This document shows positions 27,642-38,512 of a stretch of DNA of 48,442 nt, one piece after another. Under the pieces are notes generated by a model that worked only from the letters and a program-made list of their open reading frames with translations, had not been told where the DNA came from and did no database searches. Each line of letters starts with the position of its first letter. Within the stretch, counting starts at the first letter, position 1. Origin of the DNA: an uncultured beta proteobacterium (lineage in GTDB: Bacteria > Pseudomonadota > Gammaproteobacteria > Burkholderiales > Burkholderiaceae_C); the NCBI GenBank assembly GCA_903929815.1, contig CAIYWD010000260.1, positions 1-48,442 on the forward strand, given 5' to 3'. The position numbers and the translations under genes were made by a program.

Positions 27642-28901
27642 TCACGCAAAAACATCCAGCGATCGGCCTACCGACACATGCCTCATGTTGGGGGCAGCGA
27701 CTGGCGTTGCCACCGTCTTGACAAAAACCGCTTTTTTTCCTTCCGTGCGTTGCCGTGGTGTATTGCTGTGAGCGCTGTCGCGTCCAGAGCCTCCTATCGA
27801 CACACCTGCCAATTGCAAGCCTTGATCGGCCAATAGGTCACGCAGTTGCGTGGTTGCGTTTTCAAGCGCCAGGCGCACTTCGGGCTGATCACTGCGAAAC
27901 TCAATTTGAGCTTGATCGCCCTGCATGGAAATACTGACTTCAACAGGATTGTCGCCAAAGCCGTCGAGCTTTAATTCTGCGTTTTGTACGCCTTGTGTTG
28001 CCCAATACGTCACAGTTTCTGCCACTGCCGTATCAGGCACAGTAGCCACAGTGGCGGTCACTTGCTGGTCAATATTCAATGAATCGGCAGGGCCAAAATA
28101 AGATACAAATGCACCTTCAAGACCAGTCTCGGTTTTGGACGAAGATTTAAAGGTCGAACGATCCCCCGTGCCTGCTAACACCTCTGACATTCCCGCTGTC
28201 TGCACAAAAGTATCTGCCAGCGGCATGGACCACGTCTTCACATCTGACTTTCTGGTGTCATGCAGAGTTTGCGCAAAACTGGCGCCGCTTTGTGTGGCAG
28301 GTGTGTGCTTACTGGGCGGCATGGCGCTATCACCCACAGAAAGCATTCCGCTGGCCATCCCCGCGAGCTTACCGGATGTGAGCGTGTGGGTTGAAAGGCT
28401 TAGTGGACTGGAATCGGCTGTCTCAGCAGTTGCACGAGACATGGCCACAGGCTTGAACCGATTTTCAGGTGCGGATAAGACCGTGGCAGGTCCCATTTGA
28501 ACAGGCACATCGGTTGCATTGGTGATGCCTACAGTGTCATCTTTTAAAGCAGTGTCAATGACTGATGTGTCTTCTGACCCATTCTCGCCCTCATTTTTCA
28601 AAAGGGTGAGCAAGTCACTTTCATCCTGAGATGCTTCACTGCCTTTTTCCCCTGTTGAAGAAGGGGCGTAGGGTGACGTTGATGTCCTCAAGGGCAATGG
28701 CACATCCGTTTGAATCGTACTCTTGGGTACAACGGTTTCAATAGCAGAAGTGTCTTCAGACAAACTATTCATCAATGTCGAAAAATCGCCAGGGGTGCTT
28801 AAAAGCGTGGCATCTGCCCTAGCCAAAGCCTTCGTTCCATAACGATCAGCAGAAAGTGTGCTGCGTGTTTGAACAGCGGGCTTGTGTGATTCGATGCTCA
28901 T
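27642..28901 (-). CDS. fliK: Flagellar hook-length control protein FliK
   Basis: Low-complexity N-terminus, C-terminal QNAELKL...LRDLLADQGLQL domain; between fliJ and fliL. Confidence 0.85.
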   Translation of the reverse strand: MSIESHKPAVQTRSTLSADRYGTKALARADATLLSTPGDFSTLMNSLSEDTSAIETVVPKSTIQTDVPLPLRTSTSPYAPSSTGEKGSEASQDESDLLTLLKNEGENGSEDTSVIDTALKDDTVGITNATDVPVQMGPATVLSAPENRFKPVAMSRATAETADSSPLSLSTHTLTSGKLAGMASGMLSVGDSAMPPSKHTPATQSGASFAQTLHDTRKSDVKTWSMPLADTFVQTAGMSEVLAGTGDRSTFKSSSKTETGLEGAFVSYFGPADSLNIDQQVTATVATVPDTAVAETVTYWATQGVQNAELKLDGFGDNPVEVSISMQGDQAQIEFRSDQPEVRLALENATTQLRDLLADQGLQLAGVSIGGSGRDSAHSNTPRQRTEGKKAVFVKTVATPVAAPNMRHVSVGRSLDVFA

Positions 28902-29365
28902 GACGTTTCCTCTGTTCGTTGTTGGAGTGACCGTTGCATTTGCTGTGCTGCAAATTCATCCGAGTACTTTTGTTCTTGGCGCTGTTGTTGTTGTTTCAAC
29001 CCCATTTCTTTGCTGGCCAAGACTTTTTTGAAACTTGACAGACGTAATTCGGCATTCAAAACAATTTGTCGGGTATTCGCTACCTTTTTATCCAAAGCTC
29101 CCAGAGTTTCACCTTGCAATTGGATAGCCTGATACAAACGCTCCATAAATTGACGGTGGTGGTGCAGCAATTCAGGCGTTGTGCCCTGTTCTGCACGAAG
29201 TGCCCAGCGTTGATCTGTTTCACTGGCGTACTGTTGCAACTGCGTCATTTGATCGTGCCCGTTCGCCTGTGTGCGCAATGCAATTTGCCACTGTGCTACG
29301 GCTCGGTCGCGCTGAACGTGAGCAAACTCAATAGCCAAGGATAAACCTTTAAAAATAGACATCAT
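28898..29365 (-). CDS. fliJ: Flagellar export protein FliJ
   Basis: Q-rich coiled coil, EQKYSDEFA; follows fliI. Confidence 0.88.
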   Translation of the reverse strand: MMSIFKGLSLAIEFAHVQRDRAVAQWQIALRTQANGHDQMTQLQQYASETDQRWALRAEQGTTPELLHHHRQFMERLYQAIQLQGETLGALDKKVANTRQIVLNAELRLSSFKKVLASKEMGLKQQQQRQEQKYSDEFAAQQMQRSLQQRTEETS

Positions 29366-29380
29366 GGCTCCTGTATTGGA

Positions 29381-30805
29381 TCATTTCACGCCCACGCCCA
29401 CGCCCACACCCACACCCATAACCGAACCCATGTCTCGCACACTGGTCTGCAGACTGGCGGCCTCAAACATGTCTTGCTGTAAAAATTCACGCATAGGCCC
29501 TTGCAACGCAATGGATTCATCAAGTGCAGGGTCTGACCCATGAATGTAGGCACCGAGTTGAATCAAGTCACGTCCCTTTTCATAACGCGAATAAATAGCC
29601 CGAAAATTTCGCGCCAACTCAAAATGCTCGCGCGATGCCACGTTGTGCATCACGCGTGAGGCGGATCGCTCAATGTCAATGGCCGGAAAGTGACCCGACT
29701 CAGCCAGTGTGCGTGACAACACCACATGCCCGTCCAAAATGGCGCGTGCGGCATCTGCAATGGGGTCTTGCTGGTCATCGCCTTCGGCCAGAACGGTGTA
29801 AAACGCAGTGATAGAGCCTATGCCATGCAAGCCGTTGCCACTGCGCTCGACCAATTGAGGCAGTTTGGCAAAACACGAAGGCGGGTAGCCCTTGGTGGCC
29901 GGAGGTTCGCCAATGGCTAAAGCAATTTCACGCTGCGCCATGGCATAGCGCGTCAGTGAATCCATCAGCAGCAACACATGTTTACCTTTGTCACGAAAAC
30001 TCTCGGCCACCGCTGTAGCATACGCAGCCCCTTGCAAACGCAACAAAGGGGGTGTATCAGCAGGAACAGCCACAACCACGGATCGCGCACGCCCTTCTTC
30101 TCCCAAAATATCTTCGATAAATTCCTTGACTTCACGACCCCGCTCGCCAATCAATCCCACCACAATGACATCTGCCTGGGTGTAGCGTGCCATCATGCCC
30201 AGCAAAACGCTCTTACCCACCCCTGAGCCTGCAAACAAGCCCAAACGCTGGCCTTGCCCAACCGTGAGCAAAGCGTTGATAGCGCGAATGCCAGTATCTA
30301 GAATATTGCGAACCGGCGCACGATCCATGGCGTTGATGGGAGTGCGATCCATGGGGGCTGATGTCACATTTTGTAGCGGGCCTTTGTAGTCCAGCGGCGC
30401 TCCCATGGCATCGACCACCCGTCCCAACAAGCCATCGCCCAAAGGCAAACACAATGCGCCATGTGCCATCACTCGCAGTTCAGATCGACGCTCACCCAAC
30501 CGAGGCACAGGCACATAAGGGGGGGCTATTTGCACACTTGCACCACTCGAAAGTCCATGCACATCACCCGCAGGCATTAAAAAAGCACGTTCCCCTGAAA
30601 AACCAACCACTTCCGCCAACACAGGTGTTTGCGATGTCATACGAATCCAGCACTGTGATCCCACGGGGACTCGAATGCCCACCGCTTCAAGTACCAAGCC
30701 AGCCAGGCGGGTCAGCGTGCCACGCACTTCCAACGTGTTGGTGCTTTGGACATGGTGTTTGGCATCTGCCAAAAACGAGTGCCAGGTAGATTTAGCTTGG
30801 CTCAT
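29381..30805 (-). CDS. fliI: Flagellum-specific ATPase FliI
   Basis: [48 protein letters not shown]. Confidence 0.97.
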   Translation of the reverse strand: MSQAKSTWHSFLADAKHHVQSTNTLEVRGTLTRLAGLVLEAVGIRVPVGSQCWIRMTSQTPVLAEVVGFSGERAFLMPAGDVHGLSSGASVQIAPPYVPVPRLGERRSELRVMAHGALCLPLGDGLLGRVVDAMGAPLDYKGPLQNVTSAPMDRTPINAMDRAPVRNILDTGIRAINALLTVGQGQRLGLFAGSGVGKSVLLGMMARYTQADVIVVGLIGERGREVKEFIEDILGEEGRARSVVVAVPADTPPLLRLQGAAYATAVAESFRDKGKHVLLLMDSLTRYAMAQREIALAIGEPPATKGYPPSCFAKLPQLVERSGNGLHGIGSITAFYTVLAEGDDQQDPIADAARAILDGHVVLSRTLAESGHFPAIDIERSASRVMHNVASREHFELARNFRAIYSRYEKGRDLIQLGAYIHGSDPALDESIALQGPMREFLQQDMFEAASLQTSVRDMGSVMGVGVGVGVGVK

Positions 30806-31532
30806 CTGGTGTCTCCCAGGCACTGTCCAAACCCAGGCTGGCCACAGCACGTTGCCAGCGCTTTTGCAAACTGGCATCGACTACGGTGCCGGCAGATTCA
30901 ATGTGACAGCCGCCAGGCAATATGGTGTTGTCAGCGCGCAGGGTAATTTGCATGTCGGCAAATTGATGTTCTACCAAGGGTAAAAACACATCAACATCCA
31001 CCGGATTCATGCGAAGAACAGCACTTTTATGCTCTGCACCCAATAAATCAAGCGCTTCACGAATCACGGGGACGAGCACGTGTGGGTTGATGGACAACTC
31101 CTGACGCAATATCTGGCGTGCCACTTCACACGATAATTCCAGCACGCCTTGAGCCATGACCTGTGCTGCATCAGCCAGATCACTTTGGATTTTGGCAAAA
31201 ATCGAGATCAGGCGATCTGCCTCCTGGCGTGCCTGTTTGGCTAAAAAGTCGTCCATTTGTTTCTTGTACTGCTGCTGTAGTTCAGCCTTCGCCAAGTCAT
31301 AACCCTGTGCGTGTCCCGTCTTGTGCCCTTGCGCCCTGCCTGCGGTAAATCCGTCTTGATAACTTTTTTTCAGATTTTCTGCAGTTTGAGTTTCCAGCAA
31401 GGCGGCTTCTCTGACCTTCACTTGGGCGGCCAACGTTTGCGCTGCAGTATCAATAGAACCAAAGTTCCACTGCGCCACGTCGTCAATTTCTTCGACGGGA
31501 ATAAAACGTGAATAATTGGTGTGCTTATTCAT
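30792..31532 (-). CDS. fliH: Flagellar assembly protein FliH
   Basis: YSRFIP..EI N-terminus, GxxxG repeats, PGGCHIE...VDAS. Confidence 0.93.
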   Translation of the reverse strand: MNKHTNYSRFIPVEEIDDVAQWNFGSIDTAAQTLAAQVKVREAALLETQTAENLKKSYQDGFTAGRAQGHKTGHAQGYDLAKAELQQQYKKQMDDFLAKQARQEADRLISIFAKIQSDLADAAQVMAQGVLELSCEVARQILRQELSINPHVLVPVIREALDLLGAEHKSAVLRMNPVDVDVFLPLVEHQFADMQITLRADNTILPGGCHIESAGTVVDASLQKRWQRAVASLGLDSAWETPDEPS

Positions 31533-32530
31533 ACCATGGCATCATCACCACCACCGCCGAGCACAATCGTGCCCTCGTCGGCCAAGCGGCGAACTGTTTT
31601 CAAAATTTCTTTTTGCTGTGCTTCCACTTCGGACAGACGCATTGGCCCGCGCGACTCCAGGTCTTCACGCAAGGACTCTGCCGCCCGCGATGACATATTG
31701 GCCAAAAATTTCTCCTTGAGTTCAGGTTGAGCACCCTTGAGCGCCACGATCAACACATCAGATGACACTTCCTTGAGCAGCGACTGAATGGCTTTATCAT
31801 CCAATTTGATGATATCGTCGAACACAAACATCTTATCCATGATTTTTTGAGCCAGATCAGGGTCATGGTTGCGAATAGACTCAATCACCGTGCCTTCAAT
31901 GGCTGTCCCCATCAAGTTAATCATTTCAGCAGCCGACTTGACACCGCCTAGAGACGATTTGCGCATCTTGTCGCCCCCTGCGAGCACATTGAACAAAACT
32001 TCGTTCAGGTCTTTCAAAGCCAAAGGTTGAATACCCTCCATGGTGGCCACACGCAGCATGACTTCGTTACGCTGACGTTCTGTGAAAAACTTAAGAATAT
32101 CAGCAGCCTGATCAAAATCCAGGTGGACCAAAATGGCCGCCACAATTTGCGGGTGTTCATTACGTAACAATTCCGCCACAGAAGAAGGATCCATCCATTT
32201 CAGGCTCTCAATGCCTGAAACATCCCCCCCTTGCAAAATACGGTCAATCAGCAAGGCAGCTTTGTCGTCGCCCAAGGCACGTTTCAGCACTGAACGCACA
32301 TAGTCGCTTGAGTTGGAGATCAATAAACTCTGCGCTGCGGCCACACCTGTGAACTTGTCAATCACTTCATTGACCCGTTCGCGGGTGATGGTTTTGGTTC
32401 TTGCAATGGCCTCGCCGAGTTTTTGAACCTCTTTGGGTGATAAGTGCTTGAAGACCTCTGCGGCCTCTTCTTCACCCAAAGACATCATCAAAATGGCGGC
32501 ATCTTCAAGTCCGTCGGCTTGTTGTGGCAT
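31529..32530 (-). CDS. fliG: Flagellar motor switch protein FliG
   Basis: AAILMMSLGE, EHPQIVA, MFVFDD, NMSSRAA. Confidence 0.97.
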   Translation of the reverse strand: MPQQADGLEDAAILMMSLGEEEAAEVFKHLSPKEVQKLGEAIARTKTITRERVNEVIDKFTGVAAAQSLLISNSSDYVRSVLKRALGDDKAALLIDRILQGGDVSGIESLKWMDPSSVAELLRNEHPQIVAAILVHLDFDQAADILKFFTERQRNEVMLRVATMEGIQPLALKDLNEVLFNVLAGGDKMRKSSLGGVKSAAEMINLMGTAIEGTVIESIRNHDPDLAQKIMDKMFVFDDIIKLDDKAIQSLLKEVSSDVLIVALKGAQPELKEKFLANMSSRAAESLREDLESRGPMRLSEVEAQQKEILKTVRRLADEGTIVLGGGGDDAMV

Positions 32531-32577
32531 GGTAAAAATATCCTATTCAAATCTTGGTCGTTTCTGACATGACGGTG

Positions 32578-34266
32578 TCATGAGGAAGCTTCGCCGTTGA
32601 TCCAGGCTTTGACGATGTTAGCAACTGCTGCTGGATTGTCACGCGTTAATTTGCGGGCTTCTTCAAGCGCTAGCTCTGCAGGTGTTGGCGGTGCGGGCAA
32701 GCTCGAACTGCTTTGCCCCGGCCCTTCAAGCAGTGGCCGATCTGGCTCTTCTGCTTCAAGAGCATCCACATGCCCTTCCGCTTCAACGACAGGCTCAGGC
32801 AGAGGTTGCGTCATGGCCTTTAAAGCGGGGCGCACTGCCCCCAACAGCACCAGCGCCCCCAATAACAGAGTGCCCAGTGGCCATGCCAACGCCCGCACCA
32901 TGTCAAGGATTTCTGGACGCTCCCACCATGGTATATCAGCCACGTTCGCTTTGTCGTCGGTAAAGGCTGCGTTCATCAAATTGACAGAATCGCCTCTGTC
33001 TTTGTTAAAACCAATGGTTTCGCGCACCAACGCAGTCATTTTTGTCAACTGTTCATCGCTGATAGGCATTGCGCTGGTTTTGCCCTTGGGATCGGTCACA
33101 TTTTGGTGGTTAATGACCACTGCTGCGCTGATGCGTTTGATCATCCCTGTGGCTCCTCGCACCACACGCACTGTTTTATCCACTTCGTAATTGATGATGG
33201 ACTCGCGCCTGGCACCGTTTGCAGCAGAGGCAGCCCCTGCTGCCACCGGCGTTTGAGCCGCCCCATTGATAAATGCGCCTGATGGACCTGGCGGTTGGTT
33301 CGTGGCAGCACCTGGGACACCCGTAGGCGGCTGGTTCGCAGCCAGTGTGCTCTCAAGCGTTTGCTGGCTGCGAACGCTCGATGAATCAGGCGTTTGGTTG
33401 GGTTTGTAGGCCTCAGTGGTGGACTCGGATTGTGAAAAATCCAGCTCTGCTGTCACTTGCGCCCGAATGTTTTTGCGCCCTACCACAGGCTCTAAAATGT
33501 CCAGAATCCGGTTGGTGTAGAGCTGCTCAATTTGTTGCACATGCTGCAACTGCTGTGCATCCGCCCCTAAGCCTGCTTCTTGATCTGGCGGTGTTGATAA
33601 AAGTTTGCCCGTATCGTCAAGAACACTCACGGCCTTGGGGTCCATCTCAGGAACACTCGACGACACTAAATGCACAATACCTGCCAACTGTGCCCGATCC
33701 AAGCTACGTCCGGCATTCAAGCTCACAAGTACCGATGCCGACGGTTTTTGCTGATCCCGAAAAAAACCGTTTTGGTTGGGCAATGCCAAATGAACCCTGG
33801 CACTTTGCACCGACGACAGCGCCTGAATGGATCGTACCAATTCACCTTCCAGCCCCCGCTGAAACGTCAATCGCTCCTGAAATTGCGTCATGCCAAAGCG
33901 ATTGGCCGTGTCCATCAACTCAAAACCAGTGACTGCACCCTTAGGTAAACCCAGCGAAGCCAGTTTAAGACGGGTGTCATACACCATATTGGCAGGCACC
34001 AAAATAGACCCTCCGCCCGTTCCATATTGGTAGGGCACATTCATTTGCGTTAACTGGGCAACAATGGCACCGCCATCTTTGTCAGGCAAATTGGCGTACA
34101 GTACGCGCCATTCGGACTGGCGTCCCATCATCAAACCAATGACGGCAATCGCCACAAACAACACAATACCCACTGCCAAACGGATTCTTTGTGCCCGATC
34201 CAGCCTTGCCACGCGCTGGGCAAAGGTAGGCTTCTCAGGGACAGTAAGAGCATCGGTCGTGGACAT
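32578..34266 (-). CDS. fliF: Flagellar M-ring protein FliF
   Basis: GFELMD..FGMTQFQE, RGLEGEL, ARVHLALP, NYEVDK, two TM segments. Confidence 0.97.
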   Translation of the reverse strand: MSTTDALTVPEKPTFAQRVARLDRAQRIRLAVGIVLFVAIAVIGLMMGRQSEWRVLYANLPDKDGGAIVAQLTQMNVPYQYGTGGGSILVPANMVYDTRLKLASLGLPKGAVTGFELMDTANRFGMTQFQERLTFQRGLEGELVRSIQALSSVQSARVHLALPNQNGFFRDQQKPSASVLVSLNAGRSLDRAQLAGIVHLVSSSVPEMDPKAVSVLDDTGKLLSTPPDQEAGLGADAQQLQHVQQIEQLYTNRILDILEPVVGRKNIRAQVTAELDFSQSESTTEAYKPNQTPDSSSVRSQQTLESTLAANQPPTGVPGAATNQPPGPSGAFINGAAQTPVAAGAASAANGARRESIINYEVDKTVRVVRGATGMIKRISAAVVINHQNVTDPKGKTSAMPISDEQLTKMTALVRETIGFNKDRGDSVNLMNAAFTDDKANVADIPWWERPEILDMVRALAWPLGTLLLGALVLLGAVRPALKAMTQPLPEPVVEAEGHVDALEAEEPDRPLLEGPGQSSSSLPAPPTPAELALEEARKLTRDNPAAVANIVKAWINGEASS

Positions 34267-34434
34267 TTTTTAGGCAATAGCAACAGTAGGGATGAGAAGG
34301 CAGATCCGATACGGATGATTATTGACTTTGAACGCCAAAAACTTGAGCTTGAAAAGGATGGTTTTTACCCGCTTATTCAAATTTATGTTTAGCGGATACC
34401 ATCATTAGCATTCATACACTTTCTTGGCACCATT

Positions 34435-34755
34435 ATGAACCTCAAACTCACTCCCAATGCATTGCCATCGACCATTCGCCCAAACCTCTCGGGTGCATCG
34501 TCCCTGGCGCGCAGCGGAAGTGTTACGTCTCCTAACGGGTTTGGCACAGCGCTCAAAGATGCACTGAATTCTGTCAGTGCGTCCCAAAATAATGCCAGCC
34601 AACTGCAAAAAGAAGTTCAATTGGAAAACCCAAAGGTCAGTCTGGAAGAAACCATGGTGGCCATGCAGAAAGCACAGATTGGATTTCAAGCCACGCTACA
34701 TGTGCGCAACCGCATGGTTCAAGCTTATACCGACATCATGAACATGCAGGTCTAA
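34435..34755 (+). CDS. fliE: Flagellar hook-basal body protein FliE
   Basis: SLEETMVAMQKA...VRNRMVQAYTDIMNMQV; divergent from fliF. Confidence 0.96.
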   Translation: MNLKLTPNALPSTIRPNLSGASSLARSGSVTSPNGFGTALKDALNSVSASQNNASQLQKEVQLENPKVSLEETMVAMQKAQIGFQATLHVRNRMVQAYTDIMNMQV

Positions 34756-34778
34756 GCCGAATTGACAGAAGGAAAAAA

Positions 34779-34791
34779 GGCTTCCCACTTA
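34779..34791. repeat. Terminal 13 bp of family F, interrupted by MITE-B
   Basis: GGCTTCCCACTTA, identical to the tips at 16055 and 17216; its TTA is the left flank of B. Confidence 0.7.
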
Positions 34792-35072
34792 GGATATGGT
34801 CAACAATAAGTTTTGCATTTGGCCGTCAGAGTTGGGCGCACTGCGTCGTTACAAATCGCTTAGGTGGCTGGGCCACACGTAACCGTTTAGACCCCCCCTC
34901 TGTTTTGAGGCCGTGGCAGGACAGCGTCCCAAAAAAATCAATCACTTGGAGAACACTGCGCAAAAAATCGCAGGGGGGGTCTAAACGGTTACGGCCACAC
35001 TGCTCGATTTGCACCTGGCATTGCATCTTTAACTCTGACGACCAAATGCAAAACTTATTGTTGACCATATCC
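34792..35072. mobile_element. MITE family B containing a nested MITE-C
   Basis: ~42-bp TIRs GGATATGGTCAACAATAAGTTTTGCATTTGG(C/T)CGTCAGAGTT; flanks TTA / TTG; 159 bp once the insert and one TSD are removed. Confidence 0.92.
34879..34992. mobile_element. MITE family C, 114 bp, 8-bp TSD (IS66-like ends)
   Basis: Perfect 21-bp TIR GTAACCGTTTAGACCCCCCCT; GGCCACAC duplicated at 34871-34878 and 34993-35000; GTAA termini with an 8-bp TSD are typical of IS66. Confidence 0.95.
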
Positions 35073-35329
35073 TTGGTATTTATTGGGGCTGATGCCATGA
35101 CATTTTGAAGTGCTTTTTGGGATGGTCAGACAAAGTTTCAGGGTGTCTAAACGATGACGCAAAAATAGGTTTTTTTACACATAAGTTATTGATTTATAAA
35201 AAAGTATGGCATGGGTTCGCTGAATGTTTATAAAATGGAAAATTCTTGATTTTACATTTACAACCCATTGATTTTAAACATATTACTTAAAATAAACGAG
35301 CCAAGGGTTGATATTTGTTACCAATGGAC

Positions 35330-35779
35330 TCAAGACCTGACCTCATCCACCAGTGTTTTGAACTCATCAATGTCTTTAAAACTGCGATACACGCTGGCAA
35401 AGCGAACATAAGCAACCTGATCGAGTTTCTTCAACTCCGACATGACCAGTTCACCAATGCGGGTTGAAAAGACCTCGCGCACGCCAAGGTTCAATAGTTT
35501 TTCTTCAATGCGATCCACAGCACAATCAACCAGTTCAATGCACACAGGGCGTTTACGCAGCGCCAGCTTCATCGAGGCTAGAAGTTTGACGTGGTCAAAC
35601 TCAACACGCTTGCCATTTTTTTTGACGATGGTGGGAAAAGGGACTTCAGGACGCTCATAAGTGGTAAAGCGTTTGTCACAAGAGGCGCAACGTCTTCTTC
35701 GACGCATCACAGCGCCATCTTCAGAGACACGGGTTTCTATCACTTGAGTTTCTAGATGACTGCAAAAAGGGCACTTCAT
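35330..35779 (-). CDS. nrdR: Transcriptional repressor NrdR
   Basis: MKCPFC...[20 protein letters not shown] cone, [10 protein letters not shown]. Confidence 0.98.
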   Translation of the reverse strand: MKCPFCSHLETQVIETRVSEDGAVMRRRRRCASCDKRFTTYERPEVPFPTIVKKNGKRVEFDHVKLLASMKLALRKRPVCIELVDCAVDRIEEKLLNLGVREVFSTRIGELVMSELKKLDQVAYVRFASVYRSFKDIDEFKTLVDEVRS

Positions 35780-37032
35780 GACTGAATTTCACCATAAACA
35801 GGAAAACGTGCTGTCAGTGCCATCACTTTATTTCGCACGGATTCAGTGTGGGCTGCGTCGTGTGGATGATCCAGCACATCTGCAATTAAATTGGCGGTGA
35901 GACGGGCTTCTTCGTCCTTGAAGCCTCGTGTCGTCATGGCAGGTGTGCCAATGCGAATGCCGCTGGTGACCATGGGCTTTTCGGGATCATTGGGGATGGT
36001 GTTTTTGTTGATGGTGATGAAGGCTTGCCCCAACACGGACTCGGCCTCTTTGCCTGTGATGCCTTTGGCGCGAAGGTCAACGAGCATCAGATGACTTTCG
36101 GTGCGACCACTCACAATGCGCAAGCCGCGCAAAATCAAGGTCTCGGCCATGATGCGCGCATTGGTCAGCACCTGTTGTTGATAGACCTTGAATTCGGGTT
36201 GCAGGGCTTCTTTGAAAGCGACCGCTTTGGCAGCAATCACGTGCATGAGCGGGCCACCTTGCAGGCCGGGGAAGACAGCACTATTGATGACTTTCTCAAA
36301 CTGCGATGGCATCAAAATAATGCCGCCACGCGGACCGCGCAGACTTTTATGCGTGGTGCTGGTCACAACATCTGCATAAGGCACAGGGTTGGGGTAAATC
36401 CCTGCTGCAATCAACCCGGCGTAGTGCGCCATATCGACCATAAAAATGGCCCCCACGCCTTTGGCCACTTGAGCAAAACGTTCAAAATTTATAGCTAAAG
36501 AATAAGCACTGGCACCAGCGATGATGAGTTTTGGTTTAAATTCATAAGCTCTGCGCTCCATGGCATCGTAATCAATCTCTTCTGCATCGTTCAAGCCATA
36601 ACTCACCACGTTAAACCATTTGCCACTCATGTTGAGGGACATGCCGTGCGTCAGATGCCCCCCTTCAGCCAGACTCATGCCCATGATGGTGTCGCCAGGT
36701 TTCAAAAAAGCCATTAACACAGCTTCGTTGGCGGATGCCCCGCAGTGCGGCTGCACATTGGCTGCCTGTGCGCCAAAAATTTGTTTGACACGGTCTATGG
36801 CCAATTGCTCGGCCACATCCACAAACTCACAACCGCCGTAATAACGCTTACCGGGGTAGCCTTCTGCATATTTGTTGGTCAACTGAGTGCCCTGTGCAGC
36901 CATCACGGCGGGTGATGCGTAGTTTTCGCTGGCAATCAGCTCAATATGATCTTGCTGGCGCTGGTTTTCAGATTGAATGGCGGCAAACAGCTCAGGGTCA
37001 GTTTGTTCGATAAGAATGTGACGATTAAACAT
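35776..37032 (-). CDS. glyA: Serine hydroxymethyltransferase
   Basis: [35 protein letters not shown]. Confidence 0.98.
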   Translation of the reverse strand: MFNRHILIEQTDPELFAAIQSENQRQQDHIELIASENYASPAVMAAQGTQLTNKYAEGYPGKRYYGGCEFVDVAEQLAIDRVKQIFGAQAANVQPHCGASANEAVLMAFLKPGDTIMGMSLAEGGHLTHGMSLNMSGKWFNVVSYGLNDAEEIDYDAMERRAYEFKPKLIIAGASAYSLAINFERFAQVAKGVGAIFMVDMAHYAGLIAAGIYPNPVPYADVVTSTTHKSLRGPRGGIILMPSQFEKVINSAVFPGLQGGPLMHVIAAKAVAFKEALQPEFKVYQQQVLTNARIMAETLILRGLRIVSGRTESHLMLVDLRAKGITGKEAESVLGQAFITINKNTIPNDPEKPMVTSGIRIGTPAMTTRGFKDEEARLTANLIADVLDHPHDAAHTESVRNKVMALTARFPVYGEIQS

Positions 37033-37199
37033 GGAAGTCCTTGAAGAAACGATACCTGCGAAACAGGCTGCTTCAGTGAGTCAAATAAAAGATACGAAAA
37101 TTGTTCAGTAAAAATGTCAATAAATGAGATACGTATCAATAGTTTATATTATAAATCAACAGCTTTGACTTATTAGTGCGATCAAGTCACAAAGTTGAG

Positions 37200-38459
37200 T
37201 CAAGAGTGATAACCCGCAAGCCCTGACCATAAAAGGTTAAGGTCATGAAAATTCCACTTGGACGGGTCTTCGCGTTGAATAATTTTTTCGGTAATGTGCG
37301 GACGTGACAGGTCTAGCACCACAGGCTCGAAACGCATCCCCGAGTTTGTTGAATAAAACACTTTGACAATGGGTGCGGTCAGTGTACTTGTAGCCTGCTC
37401 GGTCACTACACCAATACGCCCCGAACTTAACCGTACCAGAGACCCCACGGGATAAATGCCCACACTCTTGACAAAACACTGAAATACCCGCAGGTCGAAG
37501 TGACCGTTTGTCCACTCTGCCATTTTGCGCATGGACTCCGCCGGATCCCAACCTGCCTTGTAGGGGCGATTGGAAGTAATGGCATCATAAACATCGCAAA
37601 CCGATCCCATTTTGGAAAACAGACTGATCTTATCGGTTGTCAACCCCTTGGGATAGCCTGAACCATCCACTTTTTCATGGTGATGCAGCACCACATCAAG
37701 CGCCACATCATCCATGCAGTCGCTGCGTAGCAATATTTCGTGACCTTGCGCAGGGTGTGTTTTCATCATGGCAAATTCAGTTTCTGTTAATTTGCCGGGC
37801 TTGTTAAGGACTGACTTGGGTACTGTCATCTTGCCCACGTCATGCAGCAAACCCGCCAAACCACAAGAGCGAGTGGCTGTATCATCCAATGTCAACTGTC
37901 GTGCCAACGCAACCATCATGGCGCACACCGCTAAAGAGTGCATGTAGGTGTAATCATCAGCAGTTTTCAGTCGCGCCAAGCTAATGATGGCTCCGGGGTT
38001 GCGTATGACAGAGTCAGAAATTTCTTCAACCAACTCCTGCGCACCTCCTGTATCGACAGCGTTACCCATGCGAACTTCTTCAAACATGGATACCACAGCC
38101 GCCTTGGCTTGCAGACAAATACGTGCAGCACGTTTAATTTCTTGTGCAGCATCCACAGGTGTTCTGTTGCGTACGGGTTGAACCGGTCGAGCACAGGATT
38201 GATGAGCACTGTTGAGTGCTTTAACAACTTGTCGCTGTGCCTGTTCTTCAGTCACAGCAGTGCCGCCCTCTGGTACGTCCAGACCCTCAGATACATTGAT
38301 CCAGATTTCACGAATGCTGCTGTCCAAAATGGCCTCAAGGTCTTTGGGGTCAGTCAAAACAAAGCCGGTACGCCAAAAAGGATGCTCCATCCAGGAACCA
38401 CAAAATTCATGGATGTGCATTCCAATCACCAACTGATGAACTCCGATGCGCTTGAGCAT
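37200..38459 (-). CDS. HD-GYP domain c-di-GMP phosphodiesterase (DUF3391-type N-terminus)
   Basis: YTYMHS, LLHDVGK, HHHEKVDGSGYP, DVYDAITSNRPYK. Confidence 0.92.
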   Translation of the reverse strand: MLKRIGVHQLVIGMHIHEFCGSWMEHPFWRTGFVLTDPKDLEAILDSSIREIWINVSEGLDVPEGGTAVTEEQAQRQVVKALNSAHQSCARPVQPVRNRTPVDAAQEIKRAARICLQAKAAVVSMFEEVRMGNAVDTGGAQELVEEISDSVIRNPGAIISLARLKTADDYTYMHSLAVCAMMVALARQLTLDDTATRSCGLAGLLHDVGKMTVPKSVLNKPGKLTETEFAMMKTHPAQGHEILLRSDCMDDVALDVVLHHHEKVDGSGYPKGLTTDKISLFSKMGSVCDVYDAITSNRPYKAGWDPAESMRKMAEWTNGHFDLRVFQCFVKSVGIYPVGSLVRLSSGRIGVVTEQATSTLTAPIVKVFYSTNSGMRFEPVVLDLSRPHITEKIIQREDPSKWNFHDLNLLWSGLAGYHS

Positions 38460-38512
38460 ACTGGTCTTGGTGTCATTCGTTCGTGAAAACAGCCTGTGTC
38501 GCTACCGATACA

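Noticed and set aside
29387-29416. Hexamer repeat giving GVGVGVGV at the FliI C-terminus as a phase-variation tract
   Set aside because: Unit is a multiple of three and at the extreme C-terminus, so it cannot switch expression.
37033-37199. ZMP/ZTP riboswitch upstream of glyA
   Set aside because: Plausible location, but I cannot find the conserved GCCTGGGC pseudoknot strand or the 5' stem; an Rfam pfl search would decide.
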